Below, piece after piece: positions 47,001-59,064 of a stretch of 64,000 bases of DNA (the stretch's first letter is position 1; every line of letters begins with the position of its first letter). Position numbers and translations under genes: made by a program. The DNA lies in the NCBI GenBank assembly GCA_036337035.1, contig JAYZFC010000006.1:18194-82193 (forward strand), in the 5' to 3' direction. Source of the stretch: Pseudomonadota bacterium (GTDB lineage Bacteria; Pseudomonadota; Gammaproteobacteria; Steroidobacterales; Rariloculaceae). Under the pieces are notes generated by a model that was not told the origin of the DNA, searched no databases, and saw only the letters and a list, made by a program, of their open reading frames with translations.

Positions 47001-48385
47001 CCTTGCTTTATGCCCATCGCCTTAATCTTGCGGGTTAAAGTATTTCTTCCCCACCCAAGCAATTTTGCAGCCTCTAACTTCTTTCCTCCAACCTTTTTAA
47101 GAGCGGCTTTAATAAGTATTTGTTCAATTATAGGTATAACTTCATCTAATAAAGGCTTATTACGTTCTCTTGAAAGCTCGCTTGTTACCCATTCAGACAA
47201 TCCTTTGGACCAGCCGTTACTTTCATGAGGCTCCTGCGATTGCTGGAGAGGAATCTCTTCTGGCAAAACGCTTTGCCCGGCTGCGGTAACAGCAACCCTC
47301 CTACAAATATTAATTAATTCTCTAACATTACCAGGCCAGCTATATGTCTCTAAAAAAGAAAGCGCCTCTTCTGTAAAAAGTTTAGGACTAATATCTAGCT
47401 CATGAGAAGCTTGCTTTAAATAATAATTAGCTAGAGAAGCAATATCTTCATCCCTGTCTCGAAGAGAGGGCACCTCTATGGACATAACATTAAGCCTATA
47501 ATACAAGTCTTCTCTAAAAGATCCGTTCTCAACTAACTTAAAGAGATTTTTATTTGTAGCTGCAATAACTCTAACATCAACTTTAATCGACTTGAGCCCT
47601 CCTACCCTAAAAAACTCACTTTCAGCTAACACCCTCAAAAGTCTAGCCTGAAGATCTAGGGACATATCCCCTATCTCATCCAAAAATAAAGTACCTCCAT
47701 TAGCTTGCTCAAATCTCCCAATACGTAATTTTTCAGCCCCTGTAAATGATCCTTTTTCGTGGCCAAACAACTCTGACTCTAATAGGTCAGCTACAAAAGC
47801 TGATGTATTGAGAGGTATAAAAGGCTCTCTCGCTCTTGGAGAGTTTTCATGTAAAGATTTTGCTACTAGCTCCTTTCCCGTGCCTGATTCACCAGTAATT
47901 AAAACATTCATACTAGAATGAGAAAGCCTCCCTATAGCTCTAAAAACTTCTTGCATCGCTGGCGCCTTTCCAATCATCTTTGGTATAGAGCTATCATCAG
48001 CAACAACCTTATACGGAGTTTGTTTAGCTGCCCTTAAAATAATTGATACAGCGTCATTTATATCAAAAGGTTTTGGTAGATACTCAAAAGCACCTCTTTG
48101 ATATGAAGAAACAGCGTTGTCCAAATCAGAATGAGCTGTAATAACAATTACTGGTATATTAGAATGGTCCTCTGATATTTTTTTTAAAATATCAAATCCA
48201 GAAATATCTGGCATTCTTATATCAGTAATTATTACATTTGGTGTAGATTTCTTTAGGCTTTTGAAAAAATCCTCTCCTCTTGAAAAAGATCTAGTAGCAA
48301 GCCCTGCTTGTGACAAAGACTCTTCAAGAACCCACCTTATTGATTCATCATCATCTATAATCCATGCCTGATTCTCTTTTCTCAA
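46997..48385 (-). CDS. glnG: sigma-54-dependent nitrogen regulation response regulator NtrC
   Basis: Receiver domain, AAA+ GESGTGKE and GSFTGA (GAFTGA-type) motifs, C-terminal Fis-type HTH. glnA-ntrB-ntrC order. Confidence 0.92.
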   Translation of the reverse strand: MRKENQAWIIDDDESIRWVLEESLSQAGLATRSFSRGEDFFKSLKKSTPNVIITDIRMPDISGFDILKKISEDHSNIPVIVITAHSDLDNAVSSYQRGAFEYLPKPFDINDAVSIILRAAKQTPYKVVADDSSIPKMIGKAPAMQEVFRAIGRLSHSSMNVLITGESGTGKELVAKSLHENSPRAREPFIPLNTSAFVADLLESELFGHEKGSFTGAEKLRIGRFEQANGGTLFLDEIGDMSLDLQARLLRVLAESEFFRVGGLKSIKVDVRVIAATNKNLFKLVENGSFREDLYYRLNVMSIEVPSLRDRDEDIASLANYYLKQASHELDISPKLFTEEALSFLETYSWPGNVRELINICRRVAVTAAGQSVLPEEIPLQQSQEPHESNGWSKGLSEWVTSELSRERNKPLLDEVIPIIEQILIKAALKKVGGKKLEAAKLLGWGRNTLTRKIKAMGIKQG

Positions 48386-49500
48386 CTTGGGCTTCCTTTT
48401 TCAGCTAAACATACCGGCAAAATTATGCTGAATACTGTTAAGCCTGGCTCTGAAGAAAACTCAATCAAACCTTCGTTTCTACTTATAAGATCCTGAGCAA
48501 TAGTTAAGCCTAAGCCGGTTCCTGTGGCTTTTGAAGTAACCAGCGGATAAAAAATAGTTGGCTGCATCTCTTCAGGGATGCCTGGACCACTATCTTGTAT
48601 CTCAAGTTTAACCACAAGCTTATGCTTGATGCCACCTAATGTATAATTTCTAAGAGTTCTAGTTTTAAACACTATCTTCCCTTCTTCTGATACTGCATAT
48701 AAAGAATTTTTAACTATGTTTAGAGCTGCTTGTATAATTTGATCTTTATCTACATAAACAGATGGGATGCTTGGGTCATAATCCTTTACAATTTGAACTA
48801 GAGGCTTCTTCTCATTGTTTATTATCGCAATAACATACTCTGATATTTCATGAAGATTCAGCGTTTCTTTACTTGGTATTTTTCCAGTCCCTAAGGTTCT
48901 ATCTACCAAGTCAACGAGTCGATCGGCCTCATCTATAATAACGCTTGTATATTTTTTAAGATCAGGAGAAGGTAGCTTTCTTTCTAAAAGTTGTGCAGCG
49001 CCTCTTAGGCCTCCTAATGGATTTTTTACTTCATGAGCGAGCTGTTGGATAATCGTTCTGCTTAATTTTCTTTGATTGGCTAACTCTTCCTCTCTTTGAA
49101 CAATCTTGTCCCTTCTAACATCTTGAAGCTCTAATAATATAGAAGGCTTTTCAAAACCCTGGTCAAAAAAAGGAGTTACAAAACATGACAAAATAGCATG
49201 CTTGTTTTTTGTTTTAATACTTATTTCCCTTGATCGGTAGGCCATCTGATTATCTATTGCCTTTTTACAGAGCAAAGCCAGCTCTTTTGAATAAAAAACT
49301 TGGCCCTCTAGCGATAAGCCAACAGCCTTATCCTTGCTTATATCTAAAATATTTTCAGCTGAAGAATTAAGATGAGTAATAACCAATTCATGATTTAGGA
49401 CAACAAGAGCCGTTGCCATAAGATCAAAAACACTATCTAACCCCGTTAAAGAGATATCAAGACTATTTTCAGATCTATATGCATTTTGAGTTAAGGTCAT
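48382..49500 (-). CDS. glnL: nitrogen regulation sensor histidine kinase NtrB
   Basis: PAS domain, H-box LAHEVKNPLGG, HATPase N/G boxes. Overlaps the ntrC start. Confidence 0.9.
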   Translation of the reverse strand: MTLTQNAYRSENSLDISLTGLDSVFDLMATALVVLNHELVITHLNSSAENILDISKDKAVGLSLEGQVFYSKELALLCKKAIDNQMAYRSREISIKTKNKHAILSCFVTPFFDQGFEKPSILLELQDVRRDKIVQREEELANQRKLSRTIIQQLAHEVKNPLGGLRGAAQLLERKLPSPDLKKYTSVIIDEADRLVDLVDRTLGTGKIPSKETLNLHEISEYVIAIINNEKKPLVQIVKDYDPSIPSVYVDKDQIIQAALNIVKNSLYAVSEEGKIVFKTRTLRNYTLGGIKHKLVVKLEIQDSGPGIPEEMQPTIFYPLVTSKATGTGLGLTIAQDLISRNEGLIEFSSEPGLTVFSIILPVCLAEKGSPS

Positions 49501-49521
49501 ATCAATACCTATTAAATTAAT

Positions 49522-49559
49522 AGAGCATCAGCAAGGCGGAGAAACCTTGCTGATGCTCT
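49522..49559 (-). terminator. glnA-distal stem-loop (partial terminator or 3'UTR processing-protection hairpin)
   Basis: Perfect 15-bp inverted repeat AGAGCATCAGCAAGG / CCTTGCTGATGCTCT with an 8-nt loop. Lies 53 nt after the glnA stop and 22 nt before the ntrB ATG. On the minus strand the tail is AUUAAUUUAAU, a weak U-tract. Confidence 0.55.
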
Positions 49560-49611
49560 TTTCTTCTCTTTACCCGCTTTGTTATGACTAATAATTAATA
49601 ACAAATAAGGG

Positions 49612-51021
49612 CTAGAGACTATAATACATATCAAACTCTACTGGATGTGTTGTCTTTCTCAATAGAGTGACATCATTCATCTTCAGATCTATATAGGCAT
49701 CAATACAATCATCAGATATAACATCTCCTACAGAAAGAAACTCCCTGTCTTTATCTAGCGCATTTAATGCCTCTTCAAAACTAAATGCGACAGTCGGAAG
49801 AGAGCGCTCATTTGATTCTGCTAGAGCAAATAAGTCATCGTCCGCTGCATCTCCAGGATGAATCTTGTTCTTTATTCCATCTAATCCAGCCATTAACATA
49901 GCAGTAAACGCAAAGTATGGATTAGCTGTAGAGTCTGGGAATCGCACTTCTATTCTCTTTGCTTTAGGGCCAGGAACAAAAGGAATCCTAATTGACGCAG
50001 ACCTATTCCTAGCAGAATATGCTAGAAATGTCGGGGCCTCGAAACCAGGCACAAGCCTTTTATAACTATTAGTTGATGCATTTGTAAAAGCATTAACTGC
50101 TTTCGCATGTTTCAATATTCCACCAATATAAAATAGCGCAGTCTCTGAAAGTCCATTATATGCATCTCCGCTAAAAAGGTTCTTACCTCCCTTAAACAAC
50201 GATTGATGAACATGCATACCATTACCATTATCGTCTACTAATGGCTTAGGCATAAAAGTGGCTGTCTTGCCATATGAATGAGCCACATTAAGCACAACAT
50301 ATTTAAATATTTGCACAGCATCTGCTTTTCCTAACAATGTTCCAAATTTAGCACCAATTTCACACTGTCCCGCAGTAGCGACCTCATGGTGATGAACCTC
50401 TGACTCTACGCCCATTTCGTCAAGCGCCAAGCACATTGCTGAACGAATATCGTGAAGAGAATCAACAGGAGGAACAGGAAAATATCCGCCCTTAACTTTT
50501 GGTCTATGCCCCGTGTTTCCATCTTCATAGTCTTTTGAAGAATGCCAAGCAGCCTCCATTGACTCAATTGCATAAAATGCGCCCTGCATACTTGCTGACC
50601 ACTTAACATCATCAAAAACAAAAAATTCATTTTCGGGACCAAAGAAAGCTTCATCTGCAATACCGGTTGATTTCATATATGCTTCTGCTCTTTTTGCTGC
50701 TGATCTGGGACACCGCTCATAACCTTTCATAGTAATCGGGTCTACAACATCACATCTAACATTTAAAGTAGCCTCTTCAGAAAAAATATCTACAACAGCT
50801 GTTTCAGGATCAGGCATTAAAACCATATCTGACTCATGTATAGCTTTCCAACCATTTACTGATGAACCATCAAACATTTTTCCATTTTTAAAAAAATCTT
50901 CGTCTATTGCATGGCTTGGTAATGTAACATGCTGCTCTTTGCCTCTGGTATCAGAAAAGCGAAGGTCTAGAAATTTTATATTTTTCTCTTTTAAAGTATT
51001 TAATACATCTTTAGGTGTCAT
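49612..51021 (-). CDS. glnA: glutamine synthetase type I
   Basis: Full-length GSI, 469 aa, with [21 protein letters not shown] and [10 protein letters not shown] (adenylylation Tyr region). Confidence 0.96.
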   Translation of the reverse strand: MTPKDVLNTLKEKNIKFLDLRFSDTRGKEQHVTLPSHAIDEDFFKNGKMFDGSSVNGWKAIHESDMVLMPDPETAVVDIFSEEATLNVRCDVVDPITMKGYERCPRSAAKRAEAYMKSTGIADEAFFGPENEFFVFDDVKWSASMQGAFYAIESMEAAWHSSKDYEDGNTGHRPKVKGGYFPVPPVDSLHDIRSAMCLALDEMGVESEVHHHEVATAGQCEIGAKFGTLLGKADAVQIFKYVVLNVAHSYGKTATFMPKPLVDDNGNGMHVHQSLFKGGKNLFSGDAYNGLSETALFYIGGILKHAKAVNAFTNASTNSYKRLVPGFEAPTFLAYSARNRSASIRIPFVPGPKAKRIEVRFPDSTANPYFAFTAMLMAGLDGIKNKIHPGDAADDDLFALAESNERSLPTVAFSFEEALNALDKDREFLSVGDVISDDCIDAYIDLKMNDVTLLRKTTHPVEFDMYYSL

Positions 51022-51087
51022 GATTTTTCTCCGTTTAGTTCAATTCGCCTCTACTAAGCCGTATAATGGAACAGTAGAGCTTTTTAT

Positions 51088-51104
51088 ATGCATTATCTAT
51101 GCCA
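51088..51104 (-). promoter_or_regulatory. sigma-54 (-24/-12) promoter of glnA
   Basis: The minus strand reads TGGCAT-AGATA-ATGCAT, with GG and GC at the consensus spacing (TGGCAC-N5-TTGCW). Sits ~65-80 nt upstream of the glnA ATG and is followed by a GGAG SD. Confidence 0.7.
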
Positions 51105-51165
51105 GACGAAAAAGCAATATAGGCTAAAGCCTTAATATAAAATAAGGGTCTAAAAAACTAAATTA

Positions 51166-51182
51166 TGCACTAAATTAATGCA
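51166..51182. promoter_or_regulatory. NtrC-binding site (imperfect)
   Basis: TGCACTAAATTAATGCA: a 17-bp TGCAC-N7-(G)TGCA type site about 70 bp upstream of the sigma-54 promoter. Confidence 0.55.
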
Positions 51183-51197
51183 AAAGTCAGTTTATTA

Positions 51198-51214
51198 TGC
51201 ACTTATATAGTGCA
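51198..51214. promoter_or_regulatory. NtrC-binding site (perfect palindrome)
   Basis: TGCACTTATATAGTGCA. Very close to the E. coli glnAp2 enhancer site TGCACTATATTGGTGCA. Centre lies 32 bp from site 1. Confidence 0.75.
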
Positions 51215-51268
51215 AATAATAAAATAGTGTTAAAAAACGCTAGTAATAGCTAATAAAATATAAATATC

Positions 51269-51285
51269 TGCACTATTATAGTGCA
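51269..51285. promoter_or_regulatory. NtrC-binding site (perfect half-sites)
   Basis: TGCACTATTATAGTGCA. Lies only 38 bp upstream of the divergent glyQS ATG. Confidence 0.7.
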
Positions 51286-51322
51286 TAAATACTTAAAAGG
51301 CGCCAATAAGGGAGTTATCTAA

Positions 51323-52876
51323 ATGAGCCAAATGGATAAAATAATATCTCTATGTAAAAGAAGGGGGTTTATCTTCCCTAGTAGCGAAATATATGGGGGC
51401 CTAAATGGAAGCTGGGATTATGGTCCGCTCGGAGTCGAATTTAAAAACAACATTAAGTCTGCCTGGTGGAAAGATATGATATCTGGTCATGACGAAACTA
51501 CTCAGCAAAAGGAAGCGCCATCATTATTTAATATGGTAGGCGTAGATGCCTCCATAATTATGAACCCGTCTGTTTGGGAAGCAAGTGGCCATGTCGGCGG
51601 CTTTAGTGACCCAATGGTTGACTGCAAGGAAACTAAAGGCAGATACAGAGCAGATCAATTAGTAATTTTCTGCATAGTATTAAAATCAACTAATGAAAGA
51701 GCCAATGAATATTACTATGCGTCGCAAGGAGACCCTAGCTCTTATTCTAAAAATCAATTATTAGAACAGCATAAAAAAAATTTAAGAAACATAATAAAAA
51801 ATATTGATGACTATGATCTAGAGCTTAGACAAGACGCTTTATTAAATGATGAATTAAGAGGCCTTGTATTTGCTCCTGGATCAAAAAATCCAGGATCGCT
51901 AACTGCCCCAAGAAACTTTAACTTAATGTTTGAAACCCATGTAGGAGCTCTAAAAAATCACTCAAGTCAGGCTTATCTTAGGCCTGAAACCGCTCAAGGA
52001 ATATTTGTAAACTTTAAAAACATATGTGACACATCAAGAGTAAAAATACCATTCGGAATTGGACAAATAGGGAAGTCATTTAGAAATGAAATCAACCCAA
52101 GAAATTTTATTTTTAGAAGTAGAGAGTTTGAGCAGATGGAGATTGAGTTTTTTTGCGCTCCTGAAGAATCGAATTCTTGGTATGTTTTTTGGAGAGATAG
52201 AAGATACCAATGGTATAAAGACCTTGGCATAAAAAAAGAAAACTTAACTTTAAGGGATCATTCTGAAAAAGAATTAGCACACTATGCTAAAAGCTGTGCT
52301 GATATTGAATATAAGTTTCCTTTTGGTATTAGCGAGCTAGAAGGCATAGCCAACCGCACTGATTATGACCTAAGGCAGCACATGGAGAGCAGCGGCAAAG
52401 ACTTAAGATATTTTGATGATCAAACAAAGGATGAGAACAAAAAAAGGTTTTTGCCATATGTAATAGAGCCCTCTGCTGGGGCTGATCGAGCCTTTCTTGC
52501 CTTCCTTTGTGATGCATATACAGAAGATGAGGTTCAAGGGGAAGAAAGAACTGTTCTAAAAATTAGCCCAAGGCTATCGCCTATAAAAGTGGCCATATTG
52601 CCATTAGTAAAAAAAGATGGCATGCCTGAAAAAGCAATGAATATATATCAAAAAATAAAAAAAGTTTTCCCTGCTTATTATGATTCAGGAGGTGCTATTG
52701 GTAGGAGATACAGAAGACAGGATGAAATTGGGACCCCATTCTGTATAACCATTGATGGAGAATCATTATCCAAAGAAACAGTAACGATTAGAGACAGAGA
52801 TACATGTAAACAACAGCGCATACATCACAAAGAAATTATTGAGTTTGTAGAAAGTTCTATAGACTCTTCTCGTTAA
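51323..52876 (+). CDS. glyQS: glycine-tRNA ligase, single-chain homodimeric (alpha2) type
   Basis: N-terminus CKRRGFIFPSSEIYGGLNGSWDYGPLGVEFKNN matches the Thermus/Gram-positive/archaeal-type GlyRS. Class II motifs and a C-terminal anticodon-binding domain. 517 aa. Confidence 0.93.
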   Translation: MSQMDKIISLCKRRGFIFPSSEIYGGLNGSWDYGPLGVEFKNNIKSAWWKDMISGHDETTQQKEAPSLFNMVGVDASIIMNPSVWEASGHVGGFSDPMVDCKETKGRYRADQLVIFCIVLKSTNERANEYYYASQGDPSSYSKNQLLEQHKKNLRNIIKNIDDYDLELRQDALLNDELRGLVFAPGSKNPGSLTAPRNFNLMFETHVGALKNHSSQAYLRPETAQGIFVNFKNICDTSRVKIPFGIGQIGKSFRNEINPRNFIFRSREFEQMEIEFFCAPEESNSWYVFWRDRRYQWYKDLGIKKENLTLRDHSEKELAHYAKSCADIEYKFPFGISELEGIANRTDYDLRQHMESSGKDLRYFDDQTKDENKKRFLPYVIEPSAGADRAFLAFLCDAYTEDEVQGEERTVLKISPRLSPIKVAILPLVKKDGMPEKAMNIYQKIKKVFPAYYDSGGAIGRRYRRQDEIGTPFCITIDGESLSKETVTIRDRDTCKQQRIHHKEIIEFVESSIDSSR

Positions 52877-52891
52877 GGCTAACCAATTTAT

Positions 52892-53482
52892 ATGTCTGCC
52901 TTTGATAGAGAAATAAGAAAGGAATATCTCCATAGTAAGTTAATTATTTTAGACAGAGATGGAGTAATTAACAAAAACTCTAAAAGCTATATTAAAAACA
53001 AAAATGAATGGAATCCTATTGAAGGGAGCATCAAAGCCATATCTAGGCTTAGCAAACATGGATTTAAAATCTTGGTGGTTACTAATCAATCAGGAATAGG
53101 AAGAGGTCTATTTAACAAACATGACCTAGATGAAATTCATTTAAAAATGTCCTCAGCAATACGATCTATGGACGGCCACATTGAAGGAATATATTATTGC
53201 CCTCATAAACCCGAGGATGGCTGTAATTGCCGGAAACCAAAAACTGGGTTGATAGACAAAATAGAAAAAAAACTAAATATCAAAGTAGAAAAAGCTATAC
53301 TGATCGGCGACAGCATGTCAGATATAATATTAGCTAATAGTATTAATGCTCTACCAATCCTATTAAAAACAGGTAATGGAAAATCAACGCTTAAAAAGCT
53401 AAAAAACACTGATATCAGATATTTATGTTTTGATAATTTAGCAGAAGCAACAAAAGCTATACTAAAGCTAGAAATGCTATAG
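52892..53482 (+). CDS. gmhB: D-glycero-D-manno-heptose 1,7-bisphosphate phosphatase (HAD family)
   Basis: ILDRDGVIN, VTNQSGIGRG, CPHKPEDGCNCRKP zinc-loop motif. Confidence 0.85.
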   Translation: MSAFDREIRKEYLHSKLIILDRDGVINKNSKSYIKNKNEWNPIEGSIKAISRLSKHGFKILVVTNQSGIGRGLFNKHDLDEIHLKMSSAIRSMDGHIEGIYYCPHKPEDGCNCRKPKTGLIDKIEKKLNIKVEKAILIGDSMSDIILANSINALPILLKTGNGKSTLKKLKNTDIRYLCFDNLAEATKAILKLEML

Positions 53483-53491
53483 GACTAAAAA

Positions 53492-54217
53492 ATGAGATTT
53501 TTAGAATTCATTAGGTCTGTAATATTTTCATTATATCTCTTCATATCTATACCTGCTTTTGGAGCTTTTATCATATTACTACCAATTCTATTTTTTAGGC
53601 CGTCCTTTAAATATGAAGTTGCTCGAGCTTGGTCTCAATCTGTTTTGCTAGCACTAAAAATAATTTGTGAAATTGAATATGAGATCAGGGGACTAGAAAA
53701 CTTACCTAAAAAAAACTGTATAATCCTTTGTAAGCATTCTTCTACTTGGGAAACAATTGCCCTTTTTAGCCTTTTCCCAAAACAGACCTGGGTAATTAAA
53801 AAAGAAATCCTGCTTCTTCCTATTTTTGGACAATTGATATTGCTATTTAAGCCTATCCCAATAGATAGAAGCGCCGGTAAAAAAGCAGTAGAAAAGGTTA
53901 TCCATTACGGAAAGAAGCGCTTAAAGCAAGGACTGTTCGTTGTTATTTTCCCAGAGGGAACTAGAACAACCTACCCTGCTGCAGGAAGATATGGGCTAGG
54001 TGGATCAATATTATCATTGCACTCAGGGTCGCCTATCGTTCCTGTTGCACATGATGCTGGAAAATATTGGCCTAGAAATAAAATATTGAAAAAAAAGGGA
54101 AAAATTAAAATCACAATAGGTAAACCTATCCATCCTAAGCCAAATGATGATCCAGAAAAAATAATGGGAATTGTAAAAACATGGATAGAAGGAGAAATTA
54201 AAAACTCTTCAGCTTAG
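53492..54217 (+). CDS. plsC: 1-acyl-sn-glycerol-3-phosphate acyltransferase
   Basis: N-terminal TM segment, KHSSTWE (HX4D-like box), FPEGTR box. Same position as lptA/plsC next to gyrB in Pseudomonas. Confidence 0.8.
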   Translation: MRFLEFIRSVIFSLYLFISIPAFGAFIILLPILFFRPSFKYEVARAWSQSVLLALKIICEIEYEIRGLENLPKKNCIILCKHSSTWETIALFSLFPKQTWVIKKEILLLPIFGQLILLFKPIPIDRSAGKKAVEKVIHYGKKRLKQGLFVVIFPEGTRTTYPAAGRYGLGGSILSLHSGSPIVPVAHDAGKYWPRNKILKKKGKIKITIGKPIHPKPNDDPEKIMGIVKTWIEGEIKNSSA

Positions 54218-54223
54218 TGAAAA

Positions 54224-56644
<2,421 letters not shown>

Positions 56645-56896
56645 CTATTTATTATTCTATAATTATAGCAATTAAATAATATAAAATCATGAGAAAAATC
56701 AATAAGTTCAATATTTCTTTGTAAGGATGAAGCTTAAGATATTTTTGATTTTAACTTCAAAAAATTATCATAATTTTTAAAGCCATATTTGCGGTGATCG
56801 TAACTTATAAAGCTATAATTTTTACGGGCTTGACAAAATTAATAAGCCCAATTCTATTTAACCGGGATAAGTTAAAATATTATTAAAATCAATAAC

Positions 56897-57946
56897 TTAT
56901 ATTATTCCTTGTTCCATGTGGAACATTGGATATTTTTGATTTTTTATAGGCAAGAAATGCTTAGATAACCCTGTAATAAAAATTTGTGATGTTATTGTTT
57001 CAAGCAACAAGAAAATTCTCTCTAGAGTTCCTATGTCTAGTTCTGCAGCAAGATCATCTATTAAAAGTAGACTATATTTTTGTTTTTCTTTTGGAAGCGA
57101 CATTACTTGTGCTAAAACTAATCCTATAGTAATGAGTTTTTGCTGGCCTCTGGAAATCACTTCTTTTGTGTTTCTTGAATCAAGCTGTATCATCAAATCT
57201 GCTCTGTGAGGACCCAGAGAAGAAACACCCATCATTACATCTTTTTTTTCTGATAAATCAACAGCCTCTTCAAAACTTATATTGTCATCCCATCCTTGGT
57301 GATAAGAAATTCCTATCTTTTTTTTAATTAGGCCTTCATCTATCTTATCTATTTGATTAATAATGCCTTTTATATATTTTTTTCGGGATTGATTAACCTT
57401 TTCTCCTGCAGCTATATATGCTTCATTCCATATCTTGAAATTCTCCTTTCTTTTTATAGCAGCATTTCTCTGACTTAAAACCCTTCTATATTCTTTCCAA
57501 TAAACCAAATAGTCTGGTTCCACGTGAAACACACCCAAATCTAAAAACTGCCTTCGAGTGGTTGGGCCACCTTCAATCAAAAACTGACTGTTTGGATCTA
57601 AAACATATACAGGCAAAAACAGCGCCATCTCTAAGGGCTTTATTTTTACGTTACCGTCAATTTGACGTCTAATGCCTTCTTCTGAAAAACTGGCGCCCAA
57701 AGAAGAGTCTGATCTTGATTTATATATAGAAGAAAAAATAGAAAAACCCTTCTCCCCGTATTTAATCAGCTTTCTTGCCTGCCTCGTTCTAAATGACCTT
57801 CCTCTTCCGAGAAAATATATCGACTCCAAAAAGCTAGTTTTGCCGGAACCATTATCTCCGAAAAATAAATTTACATTGGGATCTAGATCTAAAGAAACAT
57901 CTCCTAGACACCTAAAGTTCCTAATTCGTATATGCTGTAGGGACAA
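56897..57946 (-). CDS. recF: DNA replication and repair protein RecF
   Basis: Walker A GDNGSGKTS, signature and Walker B LLLIDD. Confidence 0.95.
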   Translation of the reverse strand: MSLQHIRIRNFRCLGDVSLDLDPNVNLFFGDNGSGKTSFLESIYFLGRGRSFRTRQARKLIKYGEKGFSIFSSIYKSRSDSSLGASFSEEGIRRQIDGNVKIKPLEMALFLPVYVLDPNSQFLIEGGPTTRRQFLDLGVFHVEPDYLVYWKEYRRVLSQRNAAIKRKENFKIWNEAYIAAGEKVNQSRKKYIKGIINQIDKIDEGLIKKKIGISYHQGWDDNISFEEAVDLSEKKDVMMGVSSLGPHRADLMIQLDSRNTKEVISRGQQKLITIGLVLAQVMSLPKEKQKYSLLLIDDLAAELDIGTLERIFLLLETITSQIFITGLSKHFLPIKNQKYPMFHMEQGII

Positions 57947-57963
57947 ACTATAGAATAAAAAAA

Positions 57964-59064
57964 CTATAAACGCATAGGCATAACAACAAACTTATAATTC
58001 TTGTTACCCTCTGCTCTAATAAGACAGCTTGAATTGCTATCTCCCAGCGAAACCTCTACTCCATCCTCATCAACCGCTCCTAGAGCCTCTAGAAGATAAT
58101 TAACATTAAAGCCTATTTCTGTATCCTCTCCTTCATATTTAAGCTTTATGGTTTCTTCTGCCTCCTCTTGGTCGGGGTTGTTTGCTTCAATTCTCAACAA
58201 ACCAGAAGAAAGATTAAGACGAACCCCTCTATACTTTTCATTAGAAAGAATTGCTACTCTCTGCAGTGCGTCTTTTAAGGTGTCTCTAGATGAAACTAAT
58301 ATATTGTTGGCGTCAGATGGAATAACTTTTTGATAATCAGGAAACTGTCCATCAATTAATTTTGATGTAAAACGAAGATTCTTAAAACTAACTCTTATAT
58401 GGTTTTTCCCTACCTCTAAATCTATCTTTTCTTCGTTGTCTAGTATCTTGTGTAGCTCCAGGACACCCTTTCTTGGTATTATAACCTTTTGATTTTCATA
58501 GTTTTTTTCTGAAAGTGCTAGCTCACTTACCGCCAACCTATGTCCGTCTGTTGCTACAGCTCTTAGTGAGTCTGGGCATACCTCTAGAAGCAATCCGTTA
58601 AGGTAAAAGCGGACATCCTGTTGGGCCATAGAAAACATTGTTTTTTCTAAGAGCACATCTTTGAACTCGCCTGAGTTGATCGAGATCGCTTGCTTACTAT
58701 CCATCTCTTCTATCAATGGAAAATCAGCTGCGTCTAAAATAGATAGAGTAAATTTGCTACGCTTTGTTTTAACTATTAGTTTGTCCTTTTCTAATACTAG
58801 CTCAATATCTGAATCTTCAGGAAGCGCTCGACAAATATCATAAAATTTCCTTCCAGGTACAGTTATTTGTCCATCTGATGCATCATTAATAGCTAGACTT
58901 GTTCTGAGCTCTACTTCAAGATCAGTCGCTGTAATGGTTAAATTATCTCCAGAAACAGAAAGCAAAACATTACTTAAAATAGGCATTGACTGCTTCCTTT
59001 CCACAACACCCATAACTGATTGAAGGGGTTTTATAAGCTGTTTTTTTGAAGTTTTAAATTTCAT
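57964..59064 (-). CDS. dnaN: DNA polymerase III beta sliding clamp
   Basis: 366 aa with three-domain clamp similarity and C-terminal MPMRL. Confidence 0.96.
   Translation of the reverse strand: MKFKTSKKQLIKPLQSVMGVVERKQSMPILSNVLLSVSGDNLTITATDLEVELRTSLAINDASDGQITVPGRKFYDICRALPEDSDIELVLEKDKLIVKTKRSKFTLSILDAADFPLIEEMDSKQAISINSGEFKDVLLEKTMFSMAQQDVRFYLNGLLLEVCPDSLRAVATDGHRLAVSELALSEKNYENQKVIIPRKGVLELHKILDNEEKIDLEVGKNHIRVSFKNLRFTSKLIDGQFPDYQKVIPSDANNILVSSRDTLKDALQRVAILSNEKYRGVRLNLSSGLLRIEANNPDQEEAEETIKLKYEGEDTEIGFNVNYLLEALGAVDEDGVEVSLGDSNSSCLIRAEGNKNYKFVVMPMRL

Noticed and set aside
51049-51079. A 7-bp inverted repeat CTCTACT-N17-AGTAGAG in the glnA leader, as a possible regulatory hairpin.
   Set aside because: The stem is short with a large loop, and the upstream arm overlaps the predicted transcription start. 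It may not be fully transcribed, and the evidence is insufficient.
56830-56863. A plus-strand TTGACA-17-TCTATT promoter-like motif pointing into the 3' end of recF, which would give an antisense transcript.
   Set aside because: The -10 match is only 4 of 6 in A/T-rich DNA, where such hexamers are frequent. No downstream plus-strand gene or structure would give it a function.
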